Source: Candidatus Hodarchaeota archaeon
GTDB lineage: Archaea; Asgardarchaeota; Heimdallarchaeia; Hodarchaeales; Hodarchaeaceae
Direction of reading: 5' to 3'
Length of the DNA stretch: 19,312 nt
Assembly (NCBI GenBank): GCA_016839785.1
Contig: JAEOTQ010000002.1
Span: 1-19,312 of the forward strand
Shown: positions 16,850 to 19,312 of the stretch, in pieces
Layout of the letters: the number at the start of each line of letters is the position of its first letter
Position numbering within the stretch: position 1 is the first letter of the stretch
Made by a program: the position numbers and the translations under genes
The notes under the pieces: generated by a model
What the model was told of the DNA's origin: nothing
What the model saw: the letters and a program-made list of their open reading frames with translations, nothing else
Databases searched by the model: none

Positions 16850-18252
16850 CATAATTCTGTGGAAGGTTTATCATTTTTTCCTTTTTTGAATAAAGATTTA
16901 ATCGCCTTAATCTGACTAACAAGGCCCGTTCGATTCTCGTACAGGAAAATAAGGTAAAATGGAAGGTATTGTGCTAAACGTACTATTATTGATTCCTTCC
17001 ATACGTTGACAGTGTCATATAGAATGTAGACATTGTAGGAAAAGATTATTAAGCCAGATAAAACAATCCAACTCCAAGATATGGTCTTTTCATCAAGTAA
17101 TATAAATGGGAATAACCAGAAAAGATACCATGGGTGAAATGTAGGTTGTAGAAGTAGGAATAGACCTATTACTAATCCCGCAGAGTCGTAAGGTAGTTTT
17201 TTTCTTTGTTGAGCATTGAAGATGACGATGCTGAGAATGACGATGAAAATCGTTCCCGTGATATATTGTGACAGAAAGAGGGATTTTGTTAATTCAGAAA
17301 GAATCCAAATAATACTCGAATTAAAATACCATTCATTTGCAAACATTAATAATCCTGAAATTAGTGGAGGATTTAAAATTGCTGAAACTATATATCCTAA
17401 AAGCCCTATCATGATTATCCTCTGTCCTTTCCTTCCCATATGTCTCCAAAATAGAGGAATAATGAAGATTGTATAATATTTTAAGAAAAATGTTGCCAAG
17501 AATAGAATACTAGCAAGCTCCTTTCTATTATTTTCCAGACTCAATAATGCGAAAATGATGAGTAATACTATCACCGCTTCAAAATGTGACCCGTTTCCTG
17601 TTTCAAGATGAAATAGTGGATTCCACGCGAAAATAATTATCTTCCATTTATCATTCGTCGACAGTAGTTTATCTAATGCTATTATTGAGAGAATAAATGA
17701 CGAAGAGAAAACAATTCTAAATAGTAGAGGATTCTCCCAGATCCAAGCCAACACAGTAAAAAGGAAAAGTGCGAGAGGAGGGTAAGGTGAGGTTATATGG
17801 TCATTGTTAACCAAATGTAAGAATTCACTTGTGAAACTAGTCGGTACATCATTCAGTGAAGTTATGTATGGATTTAATCCATTTAAAACCATTTTTCCCT
17901 CAAGGATAAAGCGATAAATATCATCCGACAAGGATACATTGGTGGTTAGGATGAGTAGTTGGATTAAAAGTGCAAATACCATGACAATCGGAAAAAAATA
18001 CTGCTTTGTATCTAATCTGAGGTATTTCACGGTTAAGATAATCATTAAATAAACGAGGAATGGGAAAAAAAATAGAATCTCAAACTTAAGTAATGATCTA
18101 GATAGTCCAGTTAAATTGATTAGGACAATAAACGAAAATAGTAACAGACATCCTTCTACCAAAAAAATGTAAATTCCCCGAGACTCAAGTCGATTTTCTA
18201 TATTTGAGTCCCTTAATTTTTCTCGTTTCCAGATTTTCCTGAGGTTTAACAA
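16846..18252 (-). CDS. GT-C fold polytopic glycosyltransferase (GT87/DUF2029-like, polyprenol-phosphate-sugar dependent)
   Basis: SDDIYRF..EG....G.NPY, YPP, FAWNPL, HFE, K-YY and HPWY..W motifs with more than 10 TM segments. Start placed at TTG 18252 after GGCGAGG; the track's ATG 18285 overlaps the upstream gene. Confidence 0.82.
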   Translation of the reverse strand: MLNLRKIWKREKLRDSNIENRLESRGIYIFLVEGCLLLFSFIVLINLTGLSRSLLKFEILFFFPFLVYLMIILTVKYLRLDTKQYFFPIVMVFALLIQLLILTTNVSLSDDIYRFILEGKMVLNGLNPYITSLNDVPTSFTSEFLHLVNNDHITSPYPPLALFLFTVLAWIWENPLLFRIVFSSSFILSIIALDKLLSTNDKWKIIIFAWNPLFHLETGNGSHFEAVIVLLIIFALLSLENNRKELASILFLATFFLKYYTIFIIPLFWRHMGRKGQRIIMIGLLGYIVSAILNPPLISGLLMFANEWYFNSSIIWILSELTKSLFLSQYITGTIFIVILSIVIFNAQQRKKLPYDSAGLVIGLFLLLQPTFHPWYLFWLFPFILLDEKTISWSWIVLSGLIIFSYNVYILYDTVNVWKESIIVRLAQYLPFYLIFLYENRTGLVSQIKAIKSLFKKGKNDKPSTELC

Positions 18253-18263
18253 AATTTCCTCGC

Positions 18264-19312
18264 CTATTTGGATGTAACAGCCCATGAATTGTAAGGTTTA
18301 CCAATAAGCCATCGGATTGAGGCATATAATGCACTGAAAGATTCAATTGGGCCAGCTAGAGGTGTTACAACTAATAATTTCATGACTTCAATTATTTTCT
18401 CTTTCTGGGTGATGCCTTCTATCAATTCCAAATTCTTTAAGGATCCTACATACACTCCAAATAACCAAAATAATGTACCAGGTAGAAAAATAAACCGAGT
18501 GAAGAAGAATTGTGCCGTTCTAAATGATGGAGATAAAAGCTCAGTATTGATCTGAAACGCTAGGAAGAAAGAAGGAAACAGGAATATCGCTAGGCTAAGG
18601 ATTACAAAGCTTACGGCAAAAAAACTAAGAGAATGAGTCATTATACGCAGTCTAATTCGGGATTTAATTGATAGTTGTTCTCTCCAAGATAATTTTTTAA
18701 AATCAGGTAGCTTATCGAGGAGCTTCAATGCTTGCCATGCCCCTGTCACCCAGCGAGTTCGGGCGTTAAAAGAAGAACGAATAGTAAAAGGTGGTTGTTC
18801 TGATAATCGTCCTCCATGCCAACCAAAGGGGTCTCCTCCATATTTGAAATAGACATTTAGTCCGAAAATTAAATCTTCAGCAAGGAGAGGCCTTTCATCA
18901 ACACGTCCAAAGTCCCAACCAATTTCATTTACAATTTCCTCCTCAACAAGTAGATTAGAACCGTGAAGATGAGTAGGAGGGGGATTTTTCATCACATGTG
19001 CACAGTGATGACAATTAAATGGGCGGGATGCTTCCATTTGACGACTAAATACATTTGATTTGAAGTATTTGTGTGGATAGACGATAGGGCCCTCGAAAAC
19101 TCTCTTTTCAGGAAAGCTAATAACCGTATGAATTATTCTCCGAAAATCTTCTTCATAAATTGTTGATTCAGCATCAAAATAAAAGATAAATGACTTAGGG
19201 ATCTCTTTGGATTTGGTAGAAATCTTGGATTTTCTATAATTTACTGAATATTGAAGACTTCTTGCTTTGAAAAGAGTAGAATTAGGTGTTACATAATCTG
19301 ATGGGACAACAA
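18264..19312 (-). CDS. Membrane GT2 glycosyltransferase, egghead/Bre-3-like; 5' end lies beyond the window edge
   Basis: The frame is open from 19037 to the window end. Hand translation: VVPSDYVTPNSTLFKARSLQYSV...FIFYFDAEST...FEGPIVYP...HGSNLLV...LAEDLIFG...EQPPFT...ARTRWVTG, followed by TM helices. Confidence 0.88.
   Translation of the reverse strand, partial: VVPSDYVTPNSTLFKARSLQYSVNYRKSKISTKSKEIPKSFIFYFDAESTIYEEDFRRIIHTVISFPEKRVFEGPIVYPHKYFKSNVFSRQMEASRPFNCHHCAHVMKNPPPTHLHGSNLLVEEEIVNEIGWDFGRVDERPLLAEDLIFGLNVYFKYGGDPFGWHGGRLSEQPPFTIRSSFNARTRWVTGAWQALKLLDKLPDFKKLSWREQLSIKSRIRLRIMTHSLSFFAVSFVILSLAIFLFPSFFLAFQINTELLSPSFRTAQFFFTRFIFLPGTLFWLFGVYVGSLKNLELIEGITQKEKIIEVMKLLVVTPLAGPIESFSALYASIRWLIGKPYNSWAVTSK

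Noticed and set aside
14260-17476. ORFs 14260-14442, 14643-14831, 15503-15712, 15770-15970, 16181-16384 and 17216-17476, considered partly as RiPP precursor candidates
   Set aside because: Antisense to real genes or spanning the AT-rich divergent promoter at 16138-16345. None has precursor-like features or an RBS.
14255-19312. Interpretation as an arsenosugar/'rSAM-selenodomain' cluster (ArsS, ArsM, GTs)
   Set aside because: The radical SAM has a SPASM domain rather than ArsS features, the methyltransferase lacks ArsM-type motifs, the GT2 is egghead-like, and DoxX on the opposite strand separates the units.

Overview
AT-rich, gene-dense prokaryotic window. It is most likely from an Asgard archaeon (Heimdallarchaeia/Hodarchaeales-like); this is an inference from a stand-alone longin-fold gene paired with a 7TM protein, archaeal-style TATA boxes and GGAGG/GGTGA ribosome-binding sites. 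Left to right: (1) a minus-strand molybdenum-hydroxylase cluster (MocA-like nucleotidyltransferase, MoaD/ThiS sulfur carrier, FAD subunit, and a [2Fe-2S] subunit missed by the ORF track and cut by the left edge); (2) plus-strand tex, a YhhN/TMEM86-like protein and a 1000-aa P-type ATPase; (3) a ~500-bp poorly explained gap; (4) minus-strand NAD(P)H:rubredoxin-type oxidoreductase, superoxide reductase, membrane M28 peptidase and DtxR-family regulator; (5) a longin + 7TM gene pair; (6) a coupled methyltransferase + radical SAM/SPASM pair; (7) DoxX; (8) a GT-C glycosyltransferase and an egghead/Bre-3-like GT2 running off the right edge. The most striking observation is the P-type ATPase. It has an intact P2-type catalytic core, but M4 PEGLP is replaced by PINIP (Ile at the SERCA E309 position, as in the PISL motif of eukaryotic P4 lipid flippases) and the M6 Ca2+ ligands are lost. 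It is therefore probably not a Ca2+ pump, and it sits next to a lysolipid-enzyme homologue. No rRNA, tRNA, CRISPR array or transposase was recognised.
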